In this document: positions 1-13,300 of the stretch, piece by piece | Numbering within the stretch: position 1 is the first letter of the stretch | Layout of the letters: every line of letters starts with the position of its first letter | Assembly: GCA_012295275.1 (NCBI GenBank) | Contig: CM022679.1 | Coordinates: forward strand, 10,726,001 to 10,790,000 | Source of the DNA: Chrysomallon squamiferum | Taxonomy: Eukaryota; Animalia; Mollusca | Direction: 5' to 3' | DNA: 64,000 nt | Notes under the pieces: model-generated | Database searches by the model: none | Seen by the model: the letters and a program-made list of their open reading frames with translations, nothing else | What the model was told of the DNA's origin: nothing | Translations under genes and position numbers: made by a program

Positions 1-67
1 TATTACTATTAGTAGTTAATATAGCATCAGTATTAACTATTACTATTAGTAGTTAATACAGCATCAG

Positions 68-245
68 TATTAACTATTAGCAGTTAATATAGCACTGACT
101 GGATTGGTAATTAGTCTAAGGAAACCATCATTGACTAGGAAATACTGAAACTGGATAACTGATTCAGTATTTGCTAATTATTTGATGGTTTCCTTAGACT
201 AATTACCAATCCAATCAGTGCTTTATTAACTGCTAATAGTTAATA
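68..245. mobile_element. Palindromic MITE-like element
   Basis: Arms 68-130 and 183-245 are near-perfect reverse complements (GGATTGGTAATTAGTCTAAGGAAACCATCA / TGATGGTTTCCTTAGACTAATTACCAATCC) with further inner pairing; degenerate arm copy near 310-345; arm end tandemly repeated in 1-67. Confidence 0.75.
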
Positions 246-685
246 TAAATACCTTATTTATGAAACAATCCCTCATTCCTATTAGTTCTGATAAACTAGT
301 GGGATCTGTGGTTGGATTGGGAATTATTCTAAGGAGCACATCAAGTGACCAGCAGATATTGAATTTAACAGCAGGTATACTCTTATATTGCATTCTTGGA
401 GATCAGTGATTATTTATGTATATGTTTTAAGTAACCATGCAAGTTTTAAATCCGTGAATACTTGTTTTAGAAGTCAGAAACTATTATTCATTTCACTGAC
501 TGTAGCTGTTTAAAACAGTAAAAGGTTCATGCATTTGATGAAATATTGACATTGTGTCATATACATAAATGTCAGAGTGAAAAAGGACACTTAATCAAAA
601 GTTATTAACAGCTAACATTTAATAATACTGTGCTGCATGATTGTTATCAATGAAATGCCAGAACATTTACAAGTTATTTTTTAAA

Positions 686-727
<42 letters not shown>

Positions 728-779
728 GTTATTGTCATTATTATGATTATGATGATGATGATGATTATGATTATTATTA

Positions 780-832
<53 letters not shown>

Positions 833-846
833 GATTATTATTATTA
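686..846. repeat. (ATT)n/(ATG)n compound microsatellite
   Basis: Direct reading. Confidence 0.95.
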
Positions 847-1889
847 GCTGTCATTAAACAACATAAAAAATTGCATCATAATTCTTGAAAACAAAACAGA
901 AAAAGGATGAATAGTTTTATTTAAAAATCCTTTAGGCAATCAATAACAATGTCTTCTGTCATAACATCTATATAAAAATAACCATGTATGCTTGGCATTT
1001 AATAAATATTCATGGAAAATGTATTGAAGTGTCACTAAATAGTCCTGTTTGTGTATAAAACTGATGGTTTGCTCAAATCAGTCAGTGTTACTGGTGCACT
1101 GTTTTAAAACTAAACATTACCTGTTGGCTAGAGCAGTGTTACAGATCACTTCAGACAGTATATACAATTTTATATGTGCAGTGTCTTCATATGTTCTTAA
1201 CACTTACTATATGGATAGAGAGAGAGTGTGTTGAATGTGTGTGTGTTTATATATGATCGAAAAGGTGTACATCTTTCATGTATCAGTATATAATATCACA
1301 TATATTATATATTACATATCTTGTGAAACTTTAAAATCATCTAATTTGTAATTTGGAATTGAATCATTCTGTGAAAATTTAAAGGTTTGATTTATAGTTA
1401 TGATTTAGGTACAATTATAATCCTATGCAATAAAATTATAAATTGATGCAGTTAATTGCATGGCTGGAACATCTTTAAAGTTATTGTTTGTTATTACAGA
1501 TCATCTTAAATGATTTAAACAGACATGCACACACATACACAAACACCCAAACATGTTGTTAGTTAAACCAACTGAAATAAAGCCATTGTTTATCATTCTA
1601 AAAAAAATGTTTTATTTAAAATGTCTGTCTGTCTCTTACCCAAATAATTATCCAGAACAATTCAAGTGTGATAAATAGGTTTTTATTAGTTTTTAATATT
1701 TCTAATGTTAATAGATCTTAGAACAGTTTTCATATTACATAACAGTCCTACAGCTTGCCAGAGATAATCTTAATCCTATTTTCCTCTAAATAATGTACAA
1801 ATTTACCAGACTAATTAATACACAAAGAGGTTTAAACTATTTTTCTTTCTTTTTTTCTTTTTTTTACTTTCTCATATATATGTATGTAT

Positions 1890-2495
1890 GTATTCTTTTT
1901 CATCTGGCATTTTTAAATTTAATTTAATTTATTTTTAATTTTATTATTTTATTATTATTATTATTATTATTATTTTTCTCCCTCTATCCTGTATAATTTA
2001 AAATACCATTGAATATATGTAAAGCAAACAAAGTTAGTTTTAAATACCCATTTTATCTTTAGACATCACTGGGAGAAGGAGAGCAAAAATGTTTTATTTT
2101 TATATATGTATTTATTATTTTTCATCTGGCATTTTTTTCTTTTCTTTACATTTTTCTTTTTAATTTTAATTTTTGTTTTTTTTCTACTGTGTAAATTAAA
2201 AGACTATTGAATGAATATATATGTAAACTGAGCAAAGTTAATTTTGGGTTCTGTGAAAACACCCATATTATTATTTTTGACATTATTGGGGCTGAGAGAG
2301 AAAGTTTTTATTTTTATATATATGTATATATGTAAAGTGCCAGAAGAAAAAAAATAAAAAATAAAAACAAATATATATATATATAAATTAAAAGACCATT
2401 GAATGTATGTAAACAAAGTTAATTTTTGGTTCTGTGAAAACACCCATTTTATCTTTTGACATTAGTGGGGGAGAAAGAGGAAATTTTTTATTTAT
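1890..2495. repeat. Degenerate tandem triplication, unit of roughly 200-230 bp
   Basis: ATTGAAT..ATGTAAA...CAAAGTTA.TTTT...ACCCAT.TTAT..TT.GACAT recurs near 2008, 2206 and 2398. Confidence 0.75.
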
Positions 2496-2973
2496 GGAAT
2501 GGCTATTTTAATCTTTAAAGTTTTTCAGGAGCACATGCAGCAACTCACATGAACATCCTGTACAAAAATAGTAATGTAAAGATGTACATGTCCAGTTACA
2601 TGTGCATCCCTTGTTGAAATTTTACATGAATTATATAAGTAAAACACAGAATTCAGTAATAATGCACAAATACTGTACTTTCATGTATAAAACGTATAAT
2701 AAAAATAATACCGCCATTTAATATTATAATAATGATGTAGTTGGACATCTTAGCACAGTGATTAAAAAAAAATTGTCAGACCCATTTATCATATCATAAT
2801 ACATGTTAATCAATTAATTGTATCAAAACTTGTTTGAAATCTTTAATTCTTTTGAAATTACCATGATTTGATTGGTTTTTAAATATTTCAGAACATTTTT
2901 ATATTAATATATTTAGTTACTCAGTATCACATATTCATGATTTTTTTTTTTTTTATAATAATGTTACATCAGC

Positions 2974-3115
2974 AGAAATCTGATGCCACTGTAAGGGCAA
3001 CTGTTGGCAATCAGTAGCAAAAGATTTTTTTTTTATATATAATCAGGAAAGCCCATACCACAACTCTTGATAAACCGGTTATCAAATACTGGCTTGAATG
3101 GGAAAAACACCAAAG
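2974..3115 (-). mobile_element. SINE-like fragment, same family
   Basis: AGAAATCTGATGCCAC...AGTAGCAAAAGATTTT...CATACCAC resembles the copies at 52.5 kb (inverted) and 48.8 kb. Confidence 0.45.
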
Positions 3116-5982
3116 GGTATTTTTAAAGAAACTGATCTGCACTTTAACACATAGCCATAACCTCTATCATCAGATATGTGAGTGTAGTAGAAGTTTTATC
3201 ACCACAGACAATGTCATCTGGTCTCCACCTGTTGTCTTTTGTTTGGAGGCCATTTCCTCTCCCTGGTTTCACTGCTCTGTTAGTTTCAGGTAATTACAAT
3301 ATACTGCTGTATGTTCTCGTTAAACAATGGGGAGAGCTGGAACCAAGCCAGAAGAATGTATATATATTTTAAAAGAAAGAAATAAATACATAAAAATTAC
3401 ATTTGTAAGGTCAGATATGTTTGTTCTTTATTCTGTTCAAAAAAAAAAATTATAAAATAAAATAAAATAAAATAATATATATATATAATAATTAATTTAA
3501 CAACAACAAAAAAATATTAATTAATTAAAATAAGATAAAAATCATCATAAATAAATAACTAAAAAGTAATAATACAGTTCAAATAATGTTTTCTATTTAT
3601 CATGTAAAACAACAAAACAAAGAAGTAAAGAAAAGAATCTACTTTCTGTTTATCGAAGGCTGCATAGTTTTCTTTAAAAATCTTTATAGCATTCAATAAC
3701 AGTAATTATCTTCTGTCATAAAAGTTATGTATAAATAACCATGAATGCTTGGCATCTAATAAATATTCATGAAAGAAACAACAGGCCCCAATAAAACTAA
3801 TTAAAAAAACTAAAAAAGCAAGCAAATAAAAAATGAGCAGTAATTATGCATTTTTATTTGAAAATCGTTATTATATGCATATAACTGGTTATTGCACTAA
3901 ATGTGCCCAATAACACTTAATATGCATTCATGAAGGAAAACTCTTGGTGTGTTAAGTCATGTATAATTAATTGTGACTGAGAATCAAAACAAAGAAACAG
4001 TTCATTTACCTCCGGCTTACTTAGTATTTAAATATTTCATGCGTGAATCAATTTACCAGTGCTTTTCAGTTTCCGAGCCAGATATAAAGAAGTAATTCTC
4101 AGTACAATGGAGATTAAGATCAACAGTGGAATAGATCATGGTGTTTAAAAGTTAAAATGCTGGACTTGGCAGTGTATGGTTCATTTCCTTTCTCAGACAA
4201 GTAGAAGTGTTTATGGCATCCTGGGTATAAAGGTCTCCACACCTTACGTGTAAATCTACATTTATGATGGAACCATTGGAAGACATTTGCATGCACCATG
4301 AACACAGTTAGATACTTTTTTTGTTCTCTTCAAACAAATGTATGATATCTTGGTGGACTAGAACAGTTATAAGAATGGTTTAATCTTCATGGGTAACAAA
4401 ATTTGAATGACATGGTCTATATACAGTGTATTTATTTAAATATATATATAAAACAACAACAACAACAAAAAAAACCTCTCCACCCAAAAAAAAATGTTTT
4501 TTTCTCTCTTGCTCTTTCTCCAATTGCTTTACATCATATTTTAGTGTTAATTTTGAAACAAAATCTTTTGTCCTTTTTATTCTTAAAGTTTCCCTCTCCC
4601 TTCAAACAAGTTGTCAAATTTTTTATATTTTTATTAGAAAGGTTGACCAAAGCTATGAGTATAACATGTTAATATTTGCATAATTTCATTAAAGCTTTTC
4701 AAATAGATTTAAAATAGATTTTTATCTATTGATATGTGTGTTTGTGTATAAAAAAATAAAAGTAAAAATAAAAATAAAAATAAAAATAATATTAATAATC
4801 AAACATCTGTATTGTTTTATTTACAAATGCTATTAAGATTTTATTTTTATTTTTTCCTAAGTATTTCCATAAAGTAGGTCATTTCCTTTACATATGTCTA
4901 TTGAATGACAGGAAATTTAAACTTATTACAGACTCAGTCTCTTAACTTGACTTCCTTATTGCTAGCATACAATTTCTGTAGTTAAAAATCAGTGATCACA
5001 TTCAGAAAGGTATTTAAACTAAATAAAAGAATGATTGATAAAACAGTACTTTCCAAATTAAACAATAACCATTTGAACATACTTTCATATGAAAATTAAC
5101 AATGTATAAAACAAATGTAATTGACTTCATTATTTCAGCTGCAGGATGTGGGAAGAAAAACACTAACATATGACAATTCTCTTTCTGATTTATTTGGAGC
5201 ATAAAATATTGATAATAATTATTTTATTTTTATTGGTTATTTTAATTTCTAAAAACTTAAATGGGTTTCTGATATTACTGTTTCTTTAAAATGACATCTT
5301 TTATTATTATTATTATTATTATTATTTAATTTATACAGCTTTTATTTTTAAAGATAGAAACAAATATTTAAAAATGAGCCTGTTTCTTTCTTAGTATAAA
5401 TCAGTTTTGCTTTTAAAGATAGCAGTAATGTAATTCATAAACATTTTTACATTTGGTTTGTTACTGTGTATATGACTCCTAAAGCAAGTATTTCTGCTGA
5501 CACAGGAAACCTAAAGTTTACTTACCTACAAAACTTTTTTTTTCTTTTTTTTTTCTCAGAAACACTAAATCAGCAAACACTGCTGAAGCATCTAGTGTGT
5601 GTTTGTATGGATGGGGGGAATAAAGAAAAACAAGAAGAAAAAGCAAAACCTCCAAAAAACAAAAACAAACAAAAACAATGTACAACAGCACACACATATA
5701 CACATAAAGAAACACTGCACTGTATATATATATTTTACATTTATCAGATATAATGAAATAATTTAGAAGTTTAAAGAACAAAAATTTGTATTAGATTTCA
5801 TTCATAGGGCATTTTAATTTATTTTCTATTATTCTGCAAAATTAGATTAATATATTTCATTTCATTTAAATTTTAATGATTTAATTTATTAATCACCTTT
5901 CCACTGAAGGTTTTTACTTCTTTTCATTCTGACATTAAATTTATTCTAAAAAAATTAAATATTTTCATTCTTCACTTTTCAG

Positions 5983-6301
5983 GAAAAAGGTCGAGATCCT
6001 TCCAAACTGATAGGAGAAAATGGCGGCAAAGGTCCACCTGTTGAAAATCAAGTGAAGATAAAATCAGACGATGCAGACACAAACAAGAACGATGTGGATG
6101 TTGGTGTAATCAGAGGGAAAGCAGTCACCACAGCAGTGGTGACGTACAAACCTAAGTGTGACATCACTGACAAACAGGCGCTGTCAGCTCTTAATCGTGC
6201 CAAGTCTGTTGAGTGTCGACAGCAGATTGCCAATGTCGCATGTCTCAATGCAGATGGCATGCTGTATGCTCCTAGTCTGCCTAGGTACTGCCCATTGAAA
6301 G
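5983..6301 (+). CDS. oxt: XYLT exon (stem region, EKGRDPSK...[31 protein letters not shown]...LPRYCPLK)
   Basis: Acceptor ttttcAG at 5981-5982, donor GTATTT at 6302; conserved Cys-containing XYLT N-terminal helix. Confidence 0.92.
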
Positions 6302-7693
6302 GTATTTTAACTTCTTACTAGGGTTTTTGGGGGTTTAATTTGTTACATTGAAAATAACTACAGATCTGTAGGTACTGCCCACTGAAAGATATTCTACCTT
6401 TTAATTTTTTTTTTTTTATTATTATTATTTTTTTTTTTTAGGATTCATTGAAGACCTGTGTACCAGTGGCAGCATTAATGAAAAGTCTAACAAAATGTTT
6501 TCAAGTTTCTGATTTACAGTTCACAGCATTTCTAGTAACTCATCACTAATCAGAAAATATGAGAGTAATGTAATACTGGTACAAAACATTTGATCGCCCC
6601 ATTTTACCACTTTACAACTTACCCTAGAATAAATTTTGGTTCTGATTGATTCATCTTGTATGTGATGATGTCACAAATACAGAAATATGGCATTCTCCTG
6701 ATATATTTATTATTTGTGAAAGTACCATTTTGTTGTTATTTGATAAGACTGAACAGCAAAATACAAAAAAAAAAAACCAAAATAACAACAACAAAAAAAG
6801 AAAAATTGGAAGAACATTAATACATTTAAACTGATTTTTCACAACTCAAAAGATACTCTTTAAATAAATATTGTTTTTGGTTATTTTGGGGTTGTGTTTT
6901 TTCCCAGTATTTTCATAATTATTTTCCTTTTTTTTCCCCCTTCTTTTTTCTTCTTTTTTTTTTTTTTTTTTTCTTTCTCTAATTCATCTGTGCACCTGTA
7001 TGATATATAACTTGCTTTTAAACTATTTTTTTAGATCATCAAAAAATTCTTATTATATTTTTATTTCAATGGCAAGAATTTCCTAGCCTATTAAAGACAG
7101 GCAGAAACTGGGTTTTATTTTTTTTGAATTTTATTTAATTATTATTATTTTTATTTTTATAAAGGAAAACTTATAATTATGGTGATTAGTTTTCATATTG
7201 AGTTCTAGAAGGAAAAAAAAAACAACAAAACCAGCAGGTAAGCAACTTAAGGGAAGGGGAACTGATGGGCCATATGATCCATGCTTTTCATCCCCATTCT
7301 TGAGCTCTATCCTGTTCCAGCCACAGCTCCATTACTAGTATACTGAAGGCCAATGTTTCCAGTTTATTTTGTATAAAATATTCAGTAAATTATTTGTTTT
7401 AGCAAGCATGATAAACATGATTAGTTTCTCTTACTAATACCTATTAAAATATTAATGTATGTTAAATGTGTACTTTAATAAATATTTGATCATTTATTAA
7501 TTCATTCTTGTAAATATAGTAAATTAGGAAATGGAGAAAAAATGTAATATTGTGTTTATTAATTAGCTGGTTTACAAAATGTGAAAAAAAAAAGAAGAAT
7601 AATAATAAACTGTCATTAATTTCTTATTTATAAAAGGAAAGAAACAAAACAACACACACACACACACACACACATTTACAGTTTATAATAACA

Positions 7694-7727
<34 letters not shown>

Positions 7728-9120
7728 TAAATATTATCATAACCTATATTCCAGACATATTATTTCAGTTCTAATCTATACACACACACACACACACATC
7801 TACATCCCACACCTCACTTCTCCCGTTTTCTTCTGCTCACGAAAACTTCCTATCATTTCCTTTTGCAAATCTAATTTAATAAAATAAAACTTTGATGTTA
7901 ATTACACTGACTCTGCTATATAATGAGGCTGGATTAGCAACCACAGTCTGGAAGCAGTGCACACACACAAGCAGTGTAATAGTGCTCTGTAATTGAAGCA
8001 ATCCAATCTGATTCAATTTGTTCTGCATCATTTCTTTTTGTTGCTAAGCAAGGTTAAATGTGTTTAGTGTTCTGGTATATTTAGCTCACTTGCCGACTTC
8101 CTTCTTGTGGTCGGACTTATTCTTGGGTGGAATTATCTGAAGAAATGAGATTGTGCGATCACGTTAAAAACGTTCTCGAGCAGTTCTGAAGGAAAAGGAT
8201 CATGGTCCTGTTTGTCCATAAGACATGAACGTTTCAAAGTCATCAAATTTAAGTAGTTACGTATCCTGAAATGCCTAAAAAAAAAAAAAAATAAAAAAAA
8301 TAAATAAATAAATAAATAAATTTAAAAAAAAAGAGTCAGAACAGAATAAAGTTAAAAAATAAATAATAATAAAAAAATAAATAAATAAACAACAACAACA
8401 ACAACACTGCAAAACCAAAACCAAAACCAAACATGTTTCAGTGTTTACCAGTATTTCTTGCAAAACAATATTTTGTCAGAACTCCATTATAGCTCCTTGA
8501 AAGATCCATAAAATTTTTCCCCCAAAACACATCTTAAAAAGTCAACAAACTATCCATACCCATTCTATTGACTTAGAATTCGTTGGCAGAGTTATAGGTT
8601 ATTCTGTAGTTAAACATTTTATGCTTGAGTCAGCTTACCATTGCTTTTCAGTTTCCAAGCCAAATTGGAAAGCAGTAATTCTGAGCACAGTCGATACTAA
8701 GATAAATAATGGAAAACTTAATGATGACTGCTTATTATTATATTTACCAATGATCTTATTTCTGTAAAATAGGTCAATTGTAAGTACTAAAAAAATTACC
8801 CATATTAAATGGATTCTTTTAACCTGTCTTGTACATATTTCTATCAAAGTTTGTATACTGAAAAGTATTGGCAAAAATATCGGGCAAATAAAAAGTTTTA
8901 TTAATCTGAAAAAAAGAATATTTAAATAAAAAAATTTTTAAAATAACAAAAAAAAAAAAATTAAAAGAAAGAACAAAAAAGCATAAAGCAAAATAAATAA
9001 TAACAATCAGCAACTTAAATAAATCTGCTGCATTCAAAAATGCCCATCAAAATTTTTCTCTCTCTCTCTCTCTCTCTGCTATTGTGCTGACTCTATGATA
9101 TTTCAAAATAAAGTAAGCAA

Positions 9121-9173
<53 letters not shown>

Positions 9174-9679
9174 ATTTCCATACAGGTTGGCACAGAACAC
9201 AGAGATTTTCTGATAAGATCTTGGTATGGATATCATTCTTAAAGGTCATGGGTGGGTCTGCTGTCTGAAATGGTTTCATGTGCAGGGTGTTTGTAAACAG
9301 GAAACAAAACTGGTTTGGTGCCATCTGGTGGAAATTCTGTTCCATGTGGCTACAGGTTCTTGTTAAAACGTTGCTGTGGTGTTGGAAGGGAACAGGTCAA
9401 GGGTTATACATATTCTGTTTAAGTTACTAAACAGTTTATTCCTTGGTGGTTTATGTGTGTGTTTTATTACACTGTACCTGCTTGGGGGTACAGAAAAAAT
9501 GGCACTCAGAAAAAAAAAGGGCACCCAGAAGAAATGGCACTGTGCAGATTTGGGAAAAATGGCATCTTATTTAGTTTTTTATTGCTTATCGACATTTAGT
9601 CATTGGTAGTAGCTGAAGTTCTGTTTACAGTGCATGAATAATATTTGAGATAATGATTTAATGTCAACTAAAACCAACC

Positions 9680-9728
<49 letters not shown>

Positions 9729-10322
9729 GTATATCATTTTTATATATGTATGTACATAAAAAATGTATGTATTTGTATTTTATGTATGCCATTTTTTATA
9801 CAATATATAGACATAAACAACATACACAAAACACATGCACATGTGTGGATGTGTTTGTGTGTATGTGTATGTATGTATGTATATAATTATATATATTTTT
9901 TTTTTTAAGGCAATTTATTCATTAAAAAATTTGACAGTTTTTTTTCCAGATGCCATTTTTTTTGCAGTGCCATTTTTTCCTACTAATTTAAATACCCATC
10001 AGTATTTTATACAGGTCAGAGTTGGATATGTGTTAATTGTGAAATTGCTTTGAAAAATGCCACAGACACAATTTTTCCTTTTACTCATTTATTTATCTAA
10101 TTGAAACAACAATTGTCCATGTTATCAACAGCTGAATAGTATATAATAGTGGGTGTTGCCCTTAAAACATGAGCGTTTTAATATGCTCACTGTTACTATA
10201 AAATAACTGAACAGATTAAATGCACAAGTTTTGAAACAGACAGACATAGATATGTAGATAGGTAAATCGAGATAACAATATACATACATACATTTATTTT
10301 CATAATATGTTTTTGAAATGTG

Positions 10323-10370
<48 letters not shown>

Positions 10371-13300
10371 TGTGTGTGTGTGTGGATGGGTGTATAGGTA
10401 GGTAGATAATAAATAAATTAAGATGCAGTACAAGTATATATATTCCTATTTGCATAAATAAATGAAAGAAAAAGATGTGTTATTCAAACAATACAGAAAT
10501 AATAAACTGACCATCTGCTGTTTTTGTTTGAGGTAACAATAAACTGAATACAAATGTTACTTTTTTTTTTATTATCTTCTGATTCTAACATTATGAAAAA
10601 TAAAAATAAAAATGCAGCAATAACGAGGACATCAACAGAACAAAGGCCTGTTCATAGCTCTATATTCCTAGAATCGTGTATAAATTTCCATTATTCTGAT
10701 GAAATTTTCATCACAGCTGCAGCACTGCTCCTATCATGTTATGCACTTGTTTCTTGTTTTGAATATCATTATCAGCATTTTGAGCACGCAACAAATTTGA
10801 TGTTCATACATATATATATATATATTTATGTATATATTTATTTATTTTTCATAACTTATCTCCTTTTTCATTATTTCATTATTTTAGGTTATGCCTTCAC
10901 ACTGCATGATCCAAGTAATTACTGATGTACTTCCATATCTAGATACCTTTTACTTTATTTATTTATTTATTTATTTATTTATTATTATCTTTATTATTAT
11001 TATTTATTTATTTATTTTCTGAGATTGATTTTGATTTATCTCTACTTTGAGTCATCCCACTTACATACACACAAACAACAGATTGTTTTATTTACTTCTG
11101 TTTCAGAAGATCAACATAGACACAAGAAGCACTTTAAAATAAATAAATAAATAAATAAACAGGATAAGCACCTAGAACATCCATGTCTGCATTGATTATT
11201 TTTACCAAGAATGTTGCATGCTTCGGCTGTTGCTGAAAAAAAAAAACAATGAAAAAAACAAACCGAAGAGCAGCTGACTCTCAAACTGTAAATTAAGTAT
11301 GTTGTTAATACGTCAGCAGTCAGTTTTCTAATGAAAGATTTAATTGCTAGTTAATAGAATTGCTTTTGCCTATATTTTTTTTTTTTTTTTTTTTTTTAAA
11401 CATCTTGTTTTTTTCTTCCCCAAAAGCAATTTCTGGTAAGAAGTATGTTCAAAGCACATAATCTAGAGATATATCAATCATCTTTTCACAGCTTTCACTT
11501 TCCTAATTTTCTTCTTCCACTGGTTTTAACCACAACTTTGTCATTTTAACCTTCATGGTATTTCTGTGCAAAGGTCACACTGTCTGCAAGCAGAGAAAAA
11601 GAATTTTTGCATTTCTGTTCTATCTTAATGTGTATGTTGGCTGTATTCATGCTTATTATTCATACAGGTGCATATAGTTTATTTTCCCCAAGTCTGTTTT
11701 TCAAAAGTTCCTTAACAGAGGTGTATGGTCAAGGTTATTCTGTAGACTTGAAGATCTATCAATTCAGAAAGAATCTTGTAAAACAAGTATTTGGAAAGAA
11801 GTTATCTCTCTACAGAAGATGCCAAATGACATATGTAAAAGAGCATTTACACAGTAACTAGTTGTGGTAGACCTGTTATCAGTGATAAATTCCATTTACT
11901 ACTTATTGATGTTACATTTACTCACCTCTTACCTTTCTGGCTAAGATTCAGTAATTCTGGCCAAAAGATGTCTTCAACAGTTTAGCACTGGTGATAGTTT
12001 TACTCCTTCACTAGATTAAGTTCATGAAATATTTTTCCCATAACTGAAGATTACGTTTTTTTCAGAATAATAGTCAACTTTCTTTCTCTGTATGTGTGTG
12101 ACTCTTTTTCTGTTCTCTAGCTGTCTTTCCTTCTGTTGCTTTCTCTTTCTCTCTCCCCCTCTTCCTGACTAAGTTCCCCCTGCATCACTATACATACTAG
12201 CAATTATAAGCACATACCAGAGTCTCAGTGTTTATAACAGTTATTTTATTTTTAACAGGAAATGACACTGGACACTATTTTGGATGTTTCAAAGATAATC
12301 TGAATGATCGAGATCTTGAAGGATCTTTCAAAGAGCTTCCAAACAATTCACCAAAAGTCTGTATTGCTTTCTGTCTTAGATCAGGTAAGTTGGGGTACAG
12401 TTACATACTGATATTTTAAAAAAAAAGTTTTTTATAATTAATAAATCTCTATGACTTGAATTAGTTTTACATGGTAACTGGATGTCTGAACTGAATTCAT
12501 CAGAACATATCCTAATTTCCATTGTAACATGGATTCACTCAAGGTGTCAAAATTTCTTTCTTTTTTGATGTATTAGTTATTTTAAAAATTTTGCATTTAA
12601 TTATTTGTTCCAATTTTTCAGTTCAAATTGTATTCAAATAGTGATAAAATTAAAATTATAATATTAAAAAATGTAAAATAGGTTTTCAAGTACATCCATG
12701 ACAAGAGAGAATGCAGATTTGAATTTGAAAGGAAAAATTAATAATGAAAATGGATACAGTTTTTGAAAAAACCCACAACAATAACAAATATCACAAACAC
12801 TGATAAAACACAAATGAAACAGTATATATATATTTTTTTAAATTTGTATTAAAAATGTATATTTTTTATTCTACTGCTATTTTTGACATATTTAGAATAC
12901 TTATTTAACATATCTATGCAATGTATTTGTTCATGTACTGCAGGTTTTCGCTATGCTGGCTTGCAGTATGGTAAGGAGTGCTGGTGTGGTGATAAATATG
13001 GCAAACATGGAATTCTAGCTCAGTCTCAGTGTGACACTAAGTGTCCAACCAGCAGTTCACAAACATGTGGTGGCTACCTCGCCATGAAGGTGTTCAGTAC
13101 TGGTTATGGAGGTAATAAATTTATAATTGTAGTGAAATGTTAGCTGTGTTAAGTAAAATATTTAAAAAATCTGTATTCTTAGAAATAGCCAACTGAAGTT
13201 AAATAGTAAATGTTACTTACAAATAAATACAATATATAAAATGGAAAGTTAATTTTTTTTACTTTAGGCCATTAATTTTCTTGCAGCAAGAATGCATACT

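Noticed and set aside
3178-3372. Missing N-terminal transmembrane exon of XYLT
   Set aside because: No convincing signal anchor, and the available donor is phase 1 while exon 5983 needs phase 0; the true 5' exon is probably outside the window.
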